64,000 nucleotides of DNA from Candidatus Heimdallarchaeota archaeon. GTDB taxonomy: Archaea; Asgardarchaeota; Heimdallarchaeia; Hodarchaeales; Hodarchaeaceae. Both the position numbers and the translations under genes were made by a program. The stretch spans positions 1,570,100-1,634,099 of the forward strand of contig CP070695.1 of assembly GCA_020353515.1 (NCBI GenBank), written 5' to 3'. The notes beneath the pieces were generated by a model. The model saw only the letters and a program-made list of their open reading frames with translations. It did not search any database and was not told the DNA's origin. Positions 10,121 to 19,819 of the stretch are shown one piece after another (position 1 is the first letter of the stretch; every line of letters starts with the position of its first letter).

Positions 10121-10564
10121 CTACTCATCACCCTTCAAGGTTTTAACCATGCATATTGCCGATTCAGGACATACTGTGGTAAATTCAGAAGACTGCTTGA
10201 CCCTACTATTAACCTCATTTCTTGGAATAACAATATAATTCAGTTTTAAGAAGAATTTTTCAGCAGTTTCAGTTAGTAGATAAATTTCCTTCAATCCCTT
10301 TTCAGTGGAGAATTTTTGAATTGTCTCAACTAGTTTTCGACCCAATCCATGACTCTGAAAAGAAGGATGAACGGCAACTGAGCGAATAAGACCTACATCC
10401 TCATAAACTTCGACACCAGCACAACCTTGAAGCTGATTTCTTTCCCAAGCAACGAAAAAATTGTGAAAATTATCAGCAACACCGTCTATAGGAAGATCCA
10501 CTAATTTTAGCAATGAGTACACGCTTTCTAGATCTTTTTCGCTAGCTTTAGTTATTTCTACCAT
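10121..10564 (-). CDS. GNAT N-acetyltransferase, ArsN2-like
   Basis: GLIRSVAVHP..QSHGLG, YLLTETAEKFF, SSEFTTVCPESA. Confidence 0.8.
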   Translation of the reverse strand: MVEITKASEKDLESVYSLLKLVDLPIDGVADNFHNFFVAWERNQLQGCAGVEVYEDVGLIRSVAVHPSFQSHGLGRKLVETIQKFSTEKGLKEIYLLTETAEKFFLKLNYIVIPRNEVNSRVKQSSEFTTVCPESAICMVKTLKGDE

Positions 10565-10665
10565 ACATTCATGTCCTAAATATTCTCTGGGTTCCCAATT
10601 TTGGACAGATACAGTTTTAGTTTGAAATTTTATATATATTAATCGTAAAACAAACTACTTAACTA

Positions 10666-11355
10666 TTGTTAATGGTTTGTTATATGATGTCATGTCCTCA
10701 ATGTAATGGAATAGAAACGACTTTTAACCATAAAAGTGCGCTAAAAGAGCTTAAAAACTATCACAAAAAAGGACCTAACAAATCTACCCGTTTTTTAATC
10801 AACTATCTTGTATCTAAAGGAATCGAAGACAAAACACTGTTAGACATTGGTGGTGGAGTTGGAGCTATCCAACACGAGCTCATAAAGAATGGATTGGCTA
10901 GCGTTGTAAGTGTTGAGGCCTCCAAAGCATACTCTGAAGCATCGAAAGACGAGGCGAAGCATCAAGGACACGCTGATAAAATTAACTACTTCCACGGTGA
11001 TTTTGTAGATTTATCTCCAGAAATTCCGATGACCGATGTAGTGACTCTTGACCGAGTCATCTGTTGCTATGTTAATATGGAAAAGTTAGTTAATAGCAGC
11101 TTAAACCATGCCAGAGATTATTATGCAGTGATTTACCCTCATGATAAATGGTGGATGAAACTAGGTATAACCGTAGGGAATTTCCTACAATGGTTAAAGC
11201 GGAGTAAATATCGTGGATTCATTCATTCAAAGAAGGAATTTCATAGGGTTGTAGAAGCGCATAACTTTAAGAGGTGTTTTTTTCAAAAGACGATGTTTTG
11301 GCGGATTGAGATATTTCAACGGATGCAGAAAATTAATGACCAACCGAATTCTTAA
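10666..11355 (+). CDS. Class I SAM-dependent methyltransferase
   Basis: LLDIGGGVG motif I; LDRVICCY. Confidence 0.85.
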   Translation: MLMVCYMMSCPQCNGIETTFNHKSALKELKNYHKKGPNKSTRFLINYLVSKGIEDKTLLDIGGGVGAIQHELIKNGLASVVSVEASKAYSEASKDEAKHQGHADKINYFHGDFVDLSPEIPMTDVVTLDRVICCYVNMEKLVNSSLNHARDYYAVIYPHDKWWMKLGITVGNFLQWLKRSKYRGFIHSKKEFHRVVEAHNFKRCFFQKTMFWRIEIFQRMQKINDQPNS

Positions 11356-11368
11356 GGAGTGACGACAT

Positions 11369-12334
11369 TTGGCATTTGAAATTTTAGGAAGTGTAATTTT
11401 TAGTTTTGTAACCTCATTACGTGAAGTTTTAGAGGCAGCTTTGATCATTGGAATAATTGCGAGCTATTTAACGATAATAGATAGGAAGGATTTGTTTCGT
11501 GATATTCTCTACGGTGTTTTTGCAGCTGTTATTTTCAGTCTTGGGATGGCTTGGGTGTTTCTAACTTTCTTCACAGATTTGGCTGAATACCAAAAACTAT
11601 TCGAAGGAATTGCTATGTTTCTGGCCGCGGTAGTTCTCTCATGGATGATTGTATGGATGACACGCCAATCCAAAAAAATTCGTTCAGATATCCAAGAAAA
11701 AGTTGACAAAATAATAACAAATCAAGAAAAAGCTGGTATTGCATTTTTAGTTTTCATTTCAGTAGCAAGAGAAGGAGCTGAATTAGTTTTATTCTTATAT
11801 GCTAGTTATATTGGCAGTGTGGGTGAAGTGGGGGCCGTTACAGCTTTCTCTGCAATTAGCCTCGGATTCCTAACTGGTCTGTTACTTGCTGCAATAATGG
11901 CAATAGTGCTTTTTACAACGACACGAAGATTAGACATCAAGAAATTCTTTCAAGTAACTAGTGTAATACTTATTATTTTTGCCGCGGGGTTGTTGGCACA
12001 TGGTATTCATGAAATTTATGAATTTTTAGAGATATCAGGCTCATCGTTAATTAATAATGTAATCTGGATTGAAGTTTGGAACATTAACAACACTGTACTT
12101 GGTGATGTACTGCAATTCCTATTTGGGTGGAGTTATGATCCACTTAATCCTGCGAGATTTGAAAAAAGTGTTGTTGGTGGAATCATCGTTGGATTATTCG
12201 GCTGGAATGATAACCCAGCTCTTATTGAAGTTCTAGCATATGGGTTATATTATGTATTCATAGCTATTGCTATCAAACGATTTACAAATTTCTCGGAAAT
12301 GAGGGAAAAAGCACCTCAGCCAATTACCGATTAA
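11369..12334 (+). CDS. FTR1/EfeU family iron permease
   Basis: Two RExxE motifs (LREVLEA, AREGAEL). Confidence 0.92.
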   Translation: MAFEILGSVIFSFVTSLREVLEAALIIGIIASYLTIIDRKDLFRDILYGVFAAVIFSLGMAWVFLTFFTDLAEYQKLFEGIAMFLAAVVLSWMIVWMTRQSKKIRSDIQEKVDKIITNQEKAGIAFLVFISVAREGAELVLFLYASYIGSVGEVGAVTAFSAISLGFLTGLLLAAIMAIVLFTTTRRLDIKKFFQVTSVILIIFAAGLLAHGIHEIYEFLEISGSSLINNVIWIEVWNINNTVLGDVLQFLFGWSYDPLNPARFEKSVVGGIIVGLFGWNDNPALIEVLAYGLYYVFIAIAIKRFTNFSEMREKAPQPITD

Positions 12335-12361
12335 AGAAGTGTCAATCTCTAGGAAAAGTAA

Positions 12362-13057
12362 CTATTCTCCTATGAGTTCATCTGTGACCAATAAAGCAAT
12401 GGTTAGTAGGATTATAGCGTGAATGAAAAGAAGTAACGTATTGTTTAGGACATAAGCTGGATCCTCAAAAAGGACTATGTTCGTTGTTACTTGGGTCGCT
12501 ATTAAAATGGAGGGGAGAATCAAAGGAAAAAATAAAATCGGGATTGCTAATGTTTTAGACCTTGCATAAACTGTTAGAAAGGAAACAATACAACCTGCAA
12601 CACAGAGATCAATCGTACCAATAGTTAACACAATACATAACAAAAGAAAATCAGCTTGAATGTTTAATCTTAGAAATACAATAGCAAGGATTAATGTGAT
12701 AAGCTCGATTAGGGCTAAAATAACAATCAGATAGGCAAGTTTAGCCAAGAAAATTACCTGGGGTTTTATTGGTAAAGAAAGTAGTGAATAAATAGAATTC
12801 TTTCTGAGCTCACGAGAGAAGACTGATGTTAAACCTAACATGACTGTAAAAGTAATAATAAACCATAAACATGCTGCAGAAATGGCTTGTTTAGTCTCTA
12901 AGGAAATACTTCCTAAAAGATTAAAGAGAGTGGAAAAAATGAGGATGGATGCGAAGGAGAAAAGGCCCATTGAAAAAAGAGTTTCTCTTTTTCTAAACTC
13001 TAGCAGAATATCTTTTCTTGCTAAAAGGTAAATTTCACTAATCAAGGACATTTCCAA
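12362..13057 (-). CDS. ccmB: Heme exporter permease CcmB
   Basis: ARKDILLEFR start, PILFFPLILP; position in the ccm operon. Confidence 0.88.
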   Translation of the reverse strand: MEMSLISEIYLLARKDILLEFRKRETLFSMGLFSFASILIFSTLFNLLGSISLETKQAISAACLWFIITFTVMLGLTSVFSRELRKNSIYSLLSLPIKPQVIFLAKLAYLIVILALIELITLILAIVFLRLNIQADFLLLCIVLTIGTIDLCVAGCIVSFLTVYARSKTLAIPILFFPLILPSILIATQVTTNIVLFEDPAYVLNNTLLLFIHAIILLTIALLVTDELIGE

Positions 13058-13066
13058 CCTCCCAAA

Positions 13067-13765
13067 TTAATTTTGTTTATTTAGAAAAAAATCAAACTCA
13101 GAGGGTTCTAGAACTTTTTCAATTCTTCCTTTTTCAAGATAATAGACTTTTGAACAAACTTGTGATATAGAATGGAAATCATGAGAACATATGATGACTG
13201 TTGTGCCAACTTTTCTATTTGAGATAATGTTTTTTATAAACTGTCTATTTTCAACATCTAATCCAGTAAATGGTTCATCTAGCAATACTAATCGGGGAAG
13301 GTTTGGTAAAGTGATTTTTAAGAGCTGAAGCTTCTTAGCCATGCCTGTTGAAAGTTCATGAGTCGGTCGGTCTATAAAAAACTTTAATTTATACTGCTTA
13401 ACCGCATTGTTAATAATATTTCCAGGATTCTTTGTTTTTCCATTTATCTTGAGATAAAACTCAAGATTTTCACGTCCTGTTAGATCCTCATAGAAAAATG
13501 AGTGACTCAACAGTGTTCCGATCTCCTTTTTTAGAATGTGTTGATTATCTTTGACTACATTCCCAAATAGCTCTACTTTACCAGTCGTTGGCTTAATTAA
13601 AAGAGAGATTATCTTCAAAAGGGTGCTTTTTCCCACACCATTATTTCCCAATAAGCCAATTGTTTCCCCTTCCTTTATTGTCAGATCTATATTCTTTAAC
13701 GCCTTAATAAACCCGTAAACCTTTGAAACATTACTAAGCTTCACGATAGGATTCAGAACTGACAT
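13067..13765 (-). CDS. ccmA: Heme exporter ABC ATPase CcmA
   Basis: GNNGVGKST Walker A, LSTGM signature, LLDEPFTGLD; ATG at 13765 preferred over 13816. Confidence 0.85.
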   Translation of the reverse strand: MSVLNPIVKLSNVSKVYGFIKALKNIDLTIKEGETIGLLGNNGVGKSTLLKIISLLIKPTTGKVELFGNVVKDNQHILKKEIGTLLSHSFFYEDLTGRENLEFYLKINGKTKNPGNIINNAVKQYKLKFFIDRPTHELSTGMAKKLQLLKITLPNLPRLVLLDEPFTGLDVENRQFIKNIISNRKVGTTVIICSHDFHSISQVCSKVYYLEKGRIEKVLEPSEFDFFLNKQN

Positions 13766-13818
13766 TTTAATATCCTTGTTACAATTAGTCAAAGAGAATT
13801 GACAAGTGAGTTTCAATA

Positions 13819-13971
13819 TTAATCCTTTAAGCTATATAATTCCTTCTCTAATTTCTTTAATCTGTTATTCGTATAAAAAATGTAAATGAAAATTATTATC
13901 CAAACCGTTATAGATACGAAAAACATCAGACTCAATTCAGAACTAAGTAATTCATCAAAAAAATCTGCCAT
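13819..13971 (-). CDS. ccmD: CcmD-like small membrane protein (50 aa; not in ORF track)
   Basis: MADFFDELLSSELSLMFFVSITVWIIIFIYIFYTNNRLKKLEKELYSLKD: one TM plus a charged amphipathic tail, directly after ccmC, with a GAGGTGA RBS. Confidence 0.75.
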   Translation of the reverse strand: MADFFDELLSSELSLMFFVSITVWIIIFIYIFYTNNRLKKLEKELYSLKD

Positions 13972-14005
13972 ACCATTAATCACCTCTGATTTGTTAGCAA
14001 ATGTG

Positions 14006-14710
14006 TTAGGCTTCCTCCATCATGGTTTTTCTTACTTCTTTCAACTTTAAATCAATTTTATTAACTCGATATGCCATATAGATCAGTATTAATGTTAAGA
14101 TTCCAATTAAAAGAAAGTTTAGCATTAGATAAATTCCTACTCCTGGTCCGAGGGTCGTTTGTTGAGGAGCTGGATGTAAAGCACCAACAACGTAGTTTGA
14201 TAAAGGAACGGATGGAGAAGTCGCAATTCCGAATATCGCTGAAAGAGTGGCTTTTCTTTCGTGGTTTTCTTCCTCTATCATTTCTCTGAAAATCAATAAT
14301 CCGACATAAGCTAGCCACATAATTAATGTTACAGTCTGTCGGGCTTCCCATTGCCACCAATAACCCCATTCTGCTTTAGACCAGATTATACCCACAATAA
14401 TGGTGATTGCTCCAACAACAACTCCTGTTTGGGCACTCGAAAGTAGAAAAAAATCGAACTTCAAGTCTTTTCTCCATAAGTACATAATACCACTAATAAG
14501 TACAATGCCAAAACAGAAATATGTTGAAAAGGCAAACGGAACCATGTAGAAAATCGGGTGTCCGCTTACTGTGAAACCTTGAAAATGTTTAGTAGTTATA
14601 AACACGAAATAATAGTTCAGAATGGAAAAACAGATTAAAAATGCCAAAACTATCCAATTAAGATTCTCTTGAATTTTTTCATTTATCAAAGTGAGTTCCT
14701 CATGTTTCAT
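14006..14710 (-). CDS. ccmC: Cytochrome c biogenesis protein CcmC
   Basis: WWD motif WSKAEWGYWWQWEARQT; LHP His; the first His site reads IFYMVP. Confidence 0.9.
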   Translation of the reverse strand: MKHEELTLINEKIQENLNWIVLAFLICFSILNYYFVFITTKHFQGFTVSGHPIFYMVPFAFSTYFCFGIVLISGIMYLWRKDLKFDFFLLSSAQTGVVVGAITIIVGIIWSKAEWGYWWQWEARQTVTLIMWLAYVGLLIFREMIEEENHERKATLSAIFGIATSPSVPLSNYVVGALHPAPQQTTLGPGVGIYLMLNFLLIGILTLILIYMAYRVNKIDLKLKEVRKTMMEEA

Positions 14711-15110
14711 CTACATATTTTGATGGACATTTTGTACTAATCATTGAGGCCCGAAGTTTCCATATATTAGTTGTTGAAACAAGTTTACCTTCAATTAGTA
14801 CAGTTTTTCCAGATTCAAATCCTGCAGGCTTCTCAACATTAGTTGCATTGACAAAAATAGTCAAAGATGCGTTATTTACATCATCAGGATCAGTTACAAA
14901 GAATCCTGTGGTATTAGCCTGCTGAACAACACCTATTAGTTGAATATTACGGTTTATAAATGAATCTGGTCGTGATTCATCCATCAATTCTTTCACAGTA
15001 AACACTGGTACAGATGAACTTGTCAGCAGAATCAAGAAAGCTCCACCACAGATTATGATTATCACTGCAGCAATTCCAATATTTCTGGGTTTAATCATAT
15101 ATAACACCAT
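14700..15110 (-). CDS. ccmE: Heme chaperone CcmE, CxxxY (System I*) type
   Basis: N-terminal TM, OB-fold-like region, TKCPSKY. Confidence 0.92.
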   Translation of the reverse strand: MVLYMIKPRNIGIAAVIIIICGGAFLILLTSSSVPVFTVKELMDESRPDSFINRNIQLIGVVQQANTTGFFVTDPDDVNNASLTIFVNATNVEKPAGFESGKTVLIEGKLVSTTNIWKLRASMISTKCPSKYVDET

Positions 15111-17340
15111 CCACTTCGATTTTTTCTTCTGATATAAGATCTTTCTCTATTTCTCTTTTTCTTAATGAGGAAGCTTTTCTAAGAAGGATTAATCTCCCAA
15201 TGGTTAATGGAATGATAGCAAAATGGAGGAGAAGGCAGCCAGCCCAGACAATATTCACGTATGGAATTATTTTTATCTGAAGAATAGTACCTATAAGACT
15301 TCCTGAGATCGGGTTTTCTAAAATACCAGCAGTAACAATGTATATGTCAGCAAATAGATCACTAATTATTGTAACTTCATGATTCCAATTTTTTGGGTCT
15401 GTCCAGCGTTTATGAATGAGTACTCGGCTCACTCCAAAACCTATTGTTCGTGTTCCTGTGGATATCTGAAAAAACGTTTGGTATTCCATGAGATACAGAC
15501 CAGATTCGTGAACAACTTCATCCATGTCTAAAATTGAGATTGTTAATGAAGTTCCTTCAATGGTTTCAGATTGACCATCGTAAAGAAGAACTTCGTATGT
15601 ACTCGTCATATTAATACTCAATATCGCTCCTAAAATGATCACTAAGAAAGAGAAATGCAACATTATCTGAGAAGTCTTACGAATAAGGTTTTTTTCTTCT
15701 TTCAGTGCCACATTTATAAATTCTGCAATTAAACCAGCTAAGCCAAGAATTATAAGAGGAAGGACTAAGTCTGCTTTTTCACTAGTAGTCCAGAAGTTAC
15801 TAAGGAAAGATAAAATGGGATTTCCTTGTCCTAGAAATGAGGAAAGAACGCCTTCTTTATATAAGAAACCACTTATTGCAAATACAATCCCTGTAATTAT
15901 TCCACCAATTGCTAATCCAGTCTTCCGTTTAATGCTGAGTCTTGGGTAAAATGTACAGAAAAATTGTGCTATCAGCATAATTCCTCCAAAAACAGTTAAA
16001 ACTGTATTATAGAACAATTTCCCCACACTAATGCTTGGTCCGAATCCTTCTGAGCTAAAGGTGATTAAATAACCAAGAATATTATAGATAACGGGTGCTA
16101 TCAAACCTAGAATTATGGCATAAGTACCTAAAATGCCAGAAATGAATGAAATTTTCAATGCAGTTACACGGGACTTTGATGCCTGAAAATCTTCCTTATT
16201 TAGCGAAAGGGGTACATGAAAGATTTCCCTATTCTTAAAACCATAGATATGCGGAAGCAAAAAATTAACAACTAGCACAATAAAAAGGAAAAACATCCTT
16301 TCATTAGGAATAACTGATAATATTATTTGCATAATGAAGCTATTTTCAGGAATGAAAATCCTGAGAATATCGGCAAGCGTACTATCCAAGGGAAATGTAT
16401 GTACACTAGATATGATACCACTTCTAGTTACATACGTGGCAAATAGTGTACCAATATAACTCATACTTACAATGTAATTACCAAAGTATTCTCTTTTATT
16501 AAAGAATCTTTTTCCATGAAAATAAAAGGTAATAAAGAGCCATGGTACTAGAGACGCTGTTTCAACGGGATCCCATGCCCAGAAACCACCCCAACCCAGA
16601 GTAATATAAGCCCAGTATCCTCCAATTATTATTCCAGAGCTTAAAACAAGCCAAGCCAGTGAAATAATAAATTCAAAGAAATTATCTAGTTTCTCTTTTC
16701 CCTCAAAGTTGGGAACCTTCCCATCTTCAAGAACTGAAATTCTTGCTATTCCAATGACCATGGGAATTATGCATAAAGCGTAACCAATGAAAATGATTGA
16801 AGGATGAATAACATTCCAGATGTTCATTAAAACGGGATTTAATCCTATACCATCAGAGGTTGCCCCTAAATTCAACTTGAATGGTTCATGTAGTATTGAT
16901 AATGCCACTAAAAAGGCTACTTGGAGAGCAAAAATTACAAATGAGCGCCAAAAGATGGGTTCATGAGCGAAATCCCTGAAAAGCGCCCTGAAGACAATGT
17001 AAAGAATTACAGCTAGAAAAGCCCAGAAGAAAAATGAACCTGCTTGTCCTGACCAAATAGCAGATAATCTCAAGAAAAAATCCATGTCATTATTAACGTA
17101 ACGACTCACATATATGAAATTATAATCAGCAGTTATGATAGAATAACTAAAATAAATAAATGAGACGAGAAATGCAGAACTACCGATAAATAGACTAATC
17201 TCAGAGTAAATTTCCCACTTTTCAATATACTTTCCAGATATTACAAGAAATATGTCGAAAAGTAACGCTATTAAGCTTATTAATAACAATAACATTCCTA
17301 CATCCATACCAAATATTCCCAGATCTAAATAAAACATCAT
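15091..17340 (-). CDS. ccmF: Cytochrome c heme lyase CcmF (unsplit)
   Basis: WSGQAGS, GLNPVL, IHPS, WGGFWAWDPVET, FHG, SVHTF, MLHFS. Confidence 0.95.
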   Translation of the reverse strand: MMFYLDLGIFGMDVGMLLLLISLIALLFDIFLVISGKYIEKWEIYSEISLFIGSSAFLVSFIYFSYSIITADYNFIYVSRYVNNDMDFFLRLSAIWSGQAGSFFFWAFLAVILYIVFRALFRDFAHEPIFWRSFVIFALQVAFLVALSILHEPFKLNLGATSDGIGLNPVLMNIWNVIHPSIIFIGYALCIIPMVIGIARISVLEDGKVPNFEGKEKLDNFFEFIISLAWLVLSSGIIIGGYWAYITLGWGGFWAWDPVETASLVPWLFITFYFHGKRFFNKREYFGNYIVSMSYIGTLFATYVTRSGIISSVHTFPLDSTLADILRIFIPENSFIMQIILSVIPNERMFFLFIVLVVNFLLPHIYGFKNREIFHVPLSLNKEDFQASKSRVTALKISFISGILGTYAIILGLIAPVIYNILGYLITFSSEGFGPSISVGKLFYNTVLTVFGGIMLIAQFFCTFYPRLSIKRKTGLAIGGIITGIVFAISGFLYKEGVLSSFLGQGNPILSFLSNFWTTSEKADLVLPLIILGLAGLIAEFINVALKEEKNLIRKTSQIMLHFSFLVIILGAILSINMTSTYEVLLYDGQSETIEGTSLTISILDMDEVVHESGLYLMEYQTFFQISTGTRTIGFGVSRVLIHKRWTDPKNWNHEVTIISDLFADIYIVTAGILENPISGSLIGTILQIKIIPYVNIVWAGCLLLHFAIIPLTIGRLILLRKASSLRKREIEKDLISEEKIEVDGVIYD

Positions 17341-17348
17341 TCATTCAC

Positions 17349-19571
17349 CTAAGTATTACGTCTTGTTCCTCTTTTTCTTTTCACGTTATGTGTTCTTTTC
17401 ATACTCTTCAAAGTTTTACGAGCGCTTCTTCCTTTATATTCCACATAAGTGTAGAGGCCTAAAGGAACTAAAATCAATACAACAAAGAGTATTCCAATGA
17501 CAAATGACATTGGTATCGTTTCAAGATGACCTAGTATTTCCATATAGTTCGCAGGACTATATGCAAAATTTCCCCAATTATCTATGGCTTCAAAGTAGTA
17601 GGCATAGATACCAGGTTCAGGAAGTCCTTCTGGGAAGGTTACAGTCCAAAGATAATCACCAATCTTCTCTAAAGCGATGGATTTCTGAACTTCACCTGGG
17701 AGATGATAATACATCCTAACAAATTCAACCTCCCCTTGCAAAGGTACATCTTGAGCGATGACATTGATTGAAAAATTGCTGTTAACTGGAACTTCACTCG
17801 CAGGATCGATTCCAATTTCCAAAATGTATGGTGCCCACTCATCTCTCTGCCACAGGAAAAAATAGGATCCACGTACAATCTCGTTACCTAAAGTGTCGTT
17901 TACTATGATTTGAAAATTGATCGTGGTTTCATGTGGTTGGGCATCAAAGCTGAAATTAAACATATTTCCAACATGAGAAAGAGGGATCATATTTCCCAGT
18001 TGATAATCCCCGTTATTTATTGAATAATTAATCATAACTCTAGATATGCCGTCAGAGTCAAATGCTGCAACTAAAATTGTCACTGGATCCCCTATGAAGT
18101 CTATATCTTTCGATCGGGGCGTTGATGGAGACCAAACGGCGTTGAGTACGCCTGGTTTACTATATAACCACAGATTTGCCAAGGAAAAAACAGCTAAGGA
18201 TTGAGTAATAGAATACTTATTATTCCAAGCAGGATCCCCAGGAGTACCATCATTATTGGTCAACTGGTAATATCCTATATGATCATTGTCATAGAGTTTA
18301 TTGTTGAGAAATTCAATTGTATCTAAAATAAGATTGTAGAATAGACTGTTATTTGTAAGTTTGTAGGCCTCATCAAGGGCTTGAATGCAATAAAACTGTC
18401 GTTCTGTATATTTCTTTGTGTCTCTTGATTCAGGATTGTTATATGAATAAGTAGCGAAAAATCCCCCATAACGATTGTCCCAAAAGTTAAGTAATACTGC
18501 TTTTAGTAAGATAAAGAAATCATCATAGTATTTTTGTTTTAAGATCTCATCCGTTGTAGCACTATAGAGATGCGCTAAGAATTGAAGAACAAGTGCGTTT
18601 ATAAAAACATCAGCTGTGCCTGAATCTACAACCTCATTCTGTTTACTCAATCCAGTATAAAACAATCCAGTAGAGGAATTTCGACATGTGGTATTAAAGA
18701 AATTATAAATCTTCTGAGCATTTAATAGATAGCTTTCATCTCCCTTCAGAGTATAAAGATCGAGTAAAGCACGCCCCATTAAAACATTATGGTCGACTCT
18801 TTTTGACTCAGGTTCATATGGATCGTTTGAATCAGTATTTAAGGAGGCAATTAATCCAGAGTGAGACAATAAATAAACGTAATAACCATTTTGATCATCA
18901 ATATTCTTCCACGCATATTTATCAAGGAAGTTAAACGTGTCTATTGCTATTTCGTGATAAGTATCATTACCAGTGACACCATAAAGAGAAAGAAGAGCCT
19001 GAATTGCTATTGCTTGAACTCCGGGTTTTTTCAACCGATTTAATCGTCGAATATAGAACCCATCAAATTGCTTATCATATAAAGTATTAACCAAGTAATT
19101 TCCTGTTTTCTCAGCAACTTTTTGAGCAAAATTCCGTTCTGTTTCGTTTATTACAGCATCGGAAAGCTTCAATAATGCTAAAATTGCTTGAGCGTTATCA
19201 TAAGTTCGAGTATCGTTATTTAAACTTGATTCACTCCATACTTCATCACGAGAGATGGAAAAACCACCAGAAACGTTGTTGTATAGATAATCGATAAGAG
19301 CATTAGCAATTTCAATAGAATAATAGAGGAAATTTGGAAAGTATGCCTCTGGGTCGTCTTCTACTTGAACATTTGCTTTAAGAGGGATTAGAGATCTGGT
19401 GTAGAGCTCATCAAGCGAGGAGGATAATTTTTTGCTGTCCCTCTCCACAACGCTTGATTGTCTTCCAGTGACATCCATGAAATTAGGTAGAATTACAGCT
19501 AACACTATAATAGGCAAAAATAGATTTTTTGCCCATCTCTTTGTCTTTGCGTTTATTTTTCCTTTTGCCAT
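17349..19571 (-). CDS. Secreted, membrane-anchored (alpha/alpha)6-barrel protein (AGE/YyaL-like) with Ig-like domains
   Basis: Signal peptide, repeated helical units (YDNAQAILAL, WDNRYGGFF, LYDNDHIGYY), beta-rich C-half, C-terminal TM and basic tail. Confidence 0.7.
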   Translation of the reverse strand: MAKGKINAKTKRWAKNLFLPIIVLAVILPNFMDVTGRQSSVVERDSKKLSSSLDELYTRSLIPLKANVQVEDDPEAYFPNFLYYSIEIANALIDYLYNNVSGGFSISRDEVWSESSLNNDTRTYDNAQAILALLKLSDAVINETERNFAQKVAEKTGNYLVNTLYDKQFDGFYIRRLNRLKKPGVQAIAIQALLSLYGVTGNDTYHEIAIDTFNFLDKYAWKNIDDQNGYYVYLLSHSGLIASLNTDSNDPYEPESKRVDHNVLMGRALLDLYTLKGDESYLLNAQKIYNFFNTTCRNSSTGLFYTGLSKQNEVVDSGTADVFINALVLQFLAHLYSATTDEILKQKYYDDFFILLKAVLLNFWDNRYGGFFATYSYNNPESRDTKKYTERQFYCIQALDEAYKLTNNSLFYNLILDTIEFLNNKLYDNDHIGYYQLTNNDGTPGDPAWNNKYSITQSLAVFSLANLWLYSKPGVLNAVWSPSTPRSKDIDFIGDPVTILVAAFDSDGISRVMINYSINNGDYQLGNMIPLSHVGNMFNFSFDAQPHETTINFQIIVNDTLGNEIVRGSYFFLWQRDEWAPYILEIGIDPASEVPVNSNFSINVIAQDVPLQGEVEFVRMYYHLPGEVQKSIALEKIGDYLWTVTFPEGLPEPGIYAYYFEAIDNWGNFAYSPANYMEILGHLETIPMSFVIGILFVVLILVPLGLYTYVEYKGRSARKTLKSMKRTHNVKRKRGTRRNT

Positions 19572-19745
19572 TATTCATTAATCCGTTTCTTTTATTTCTG
19601 CTATTACCTGATGAGAAAGCGGGATATTAACAATCAAAGCATTCACAATTCGATAAAAAGCAATTTAGATCAATTGCTTTAGATGTAACCAAATTATTCA
19701 ACGATACCTATCTCAGCTCCCGACCAATGGAAAAAAAACAAAAGA

Positions 19746-19769
19746 AACAGCAGATAGATACCTGCTGTT
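19746..19769 (-). terminator. Hairpin plus T-tract downstream of the multiheme cytochrome gene
   Basis: AACAGCAG-N8-CTGCTGTT stem followed on the minus strand by TCTTTTGTTTTTTTT. Confidence 0.5.
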
Positions 19770-19819
19770 CTTGTTTTAGAGATTCGGATGAAACAGAAAC
19801 CAAATTCTGCTAGTTCGGC

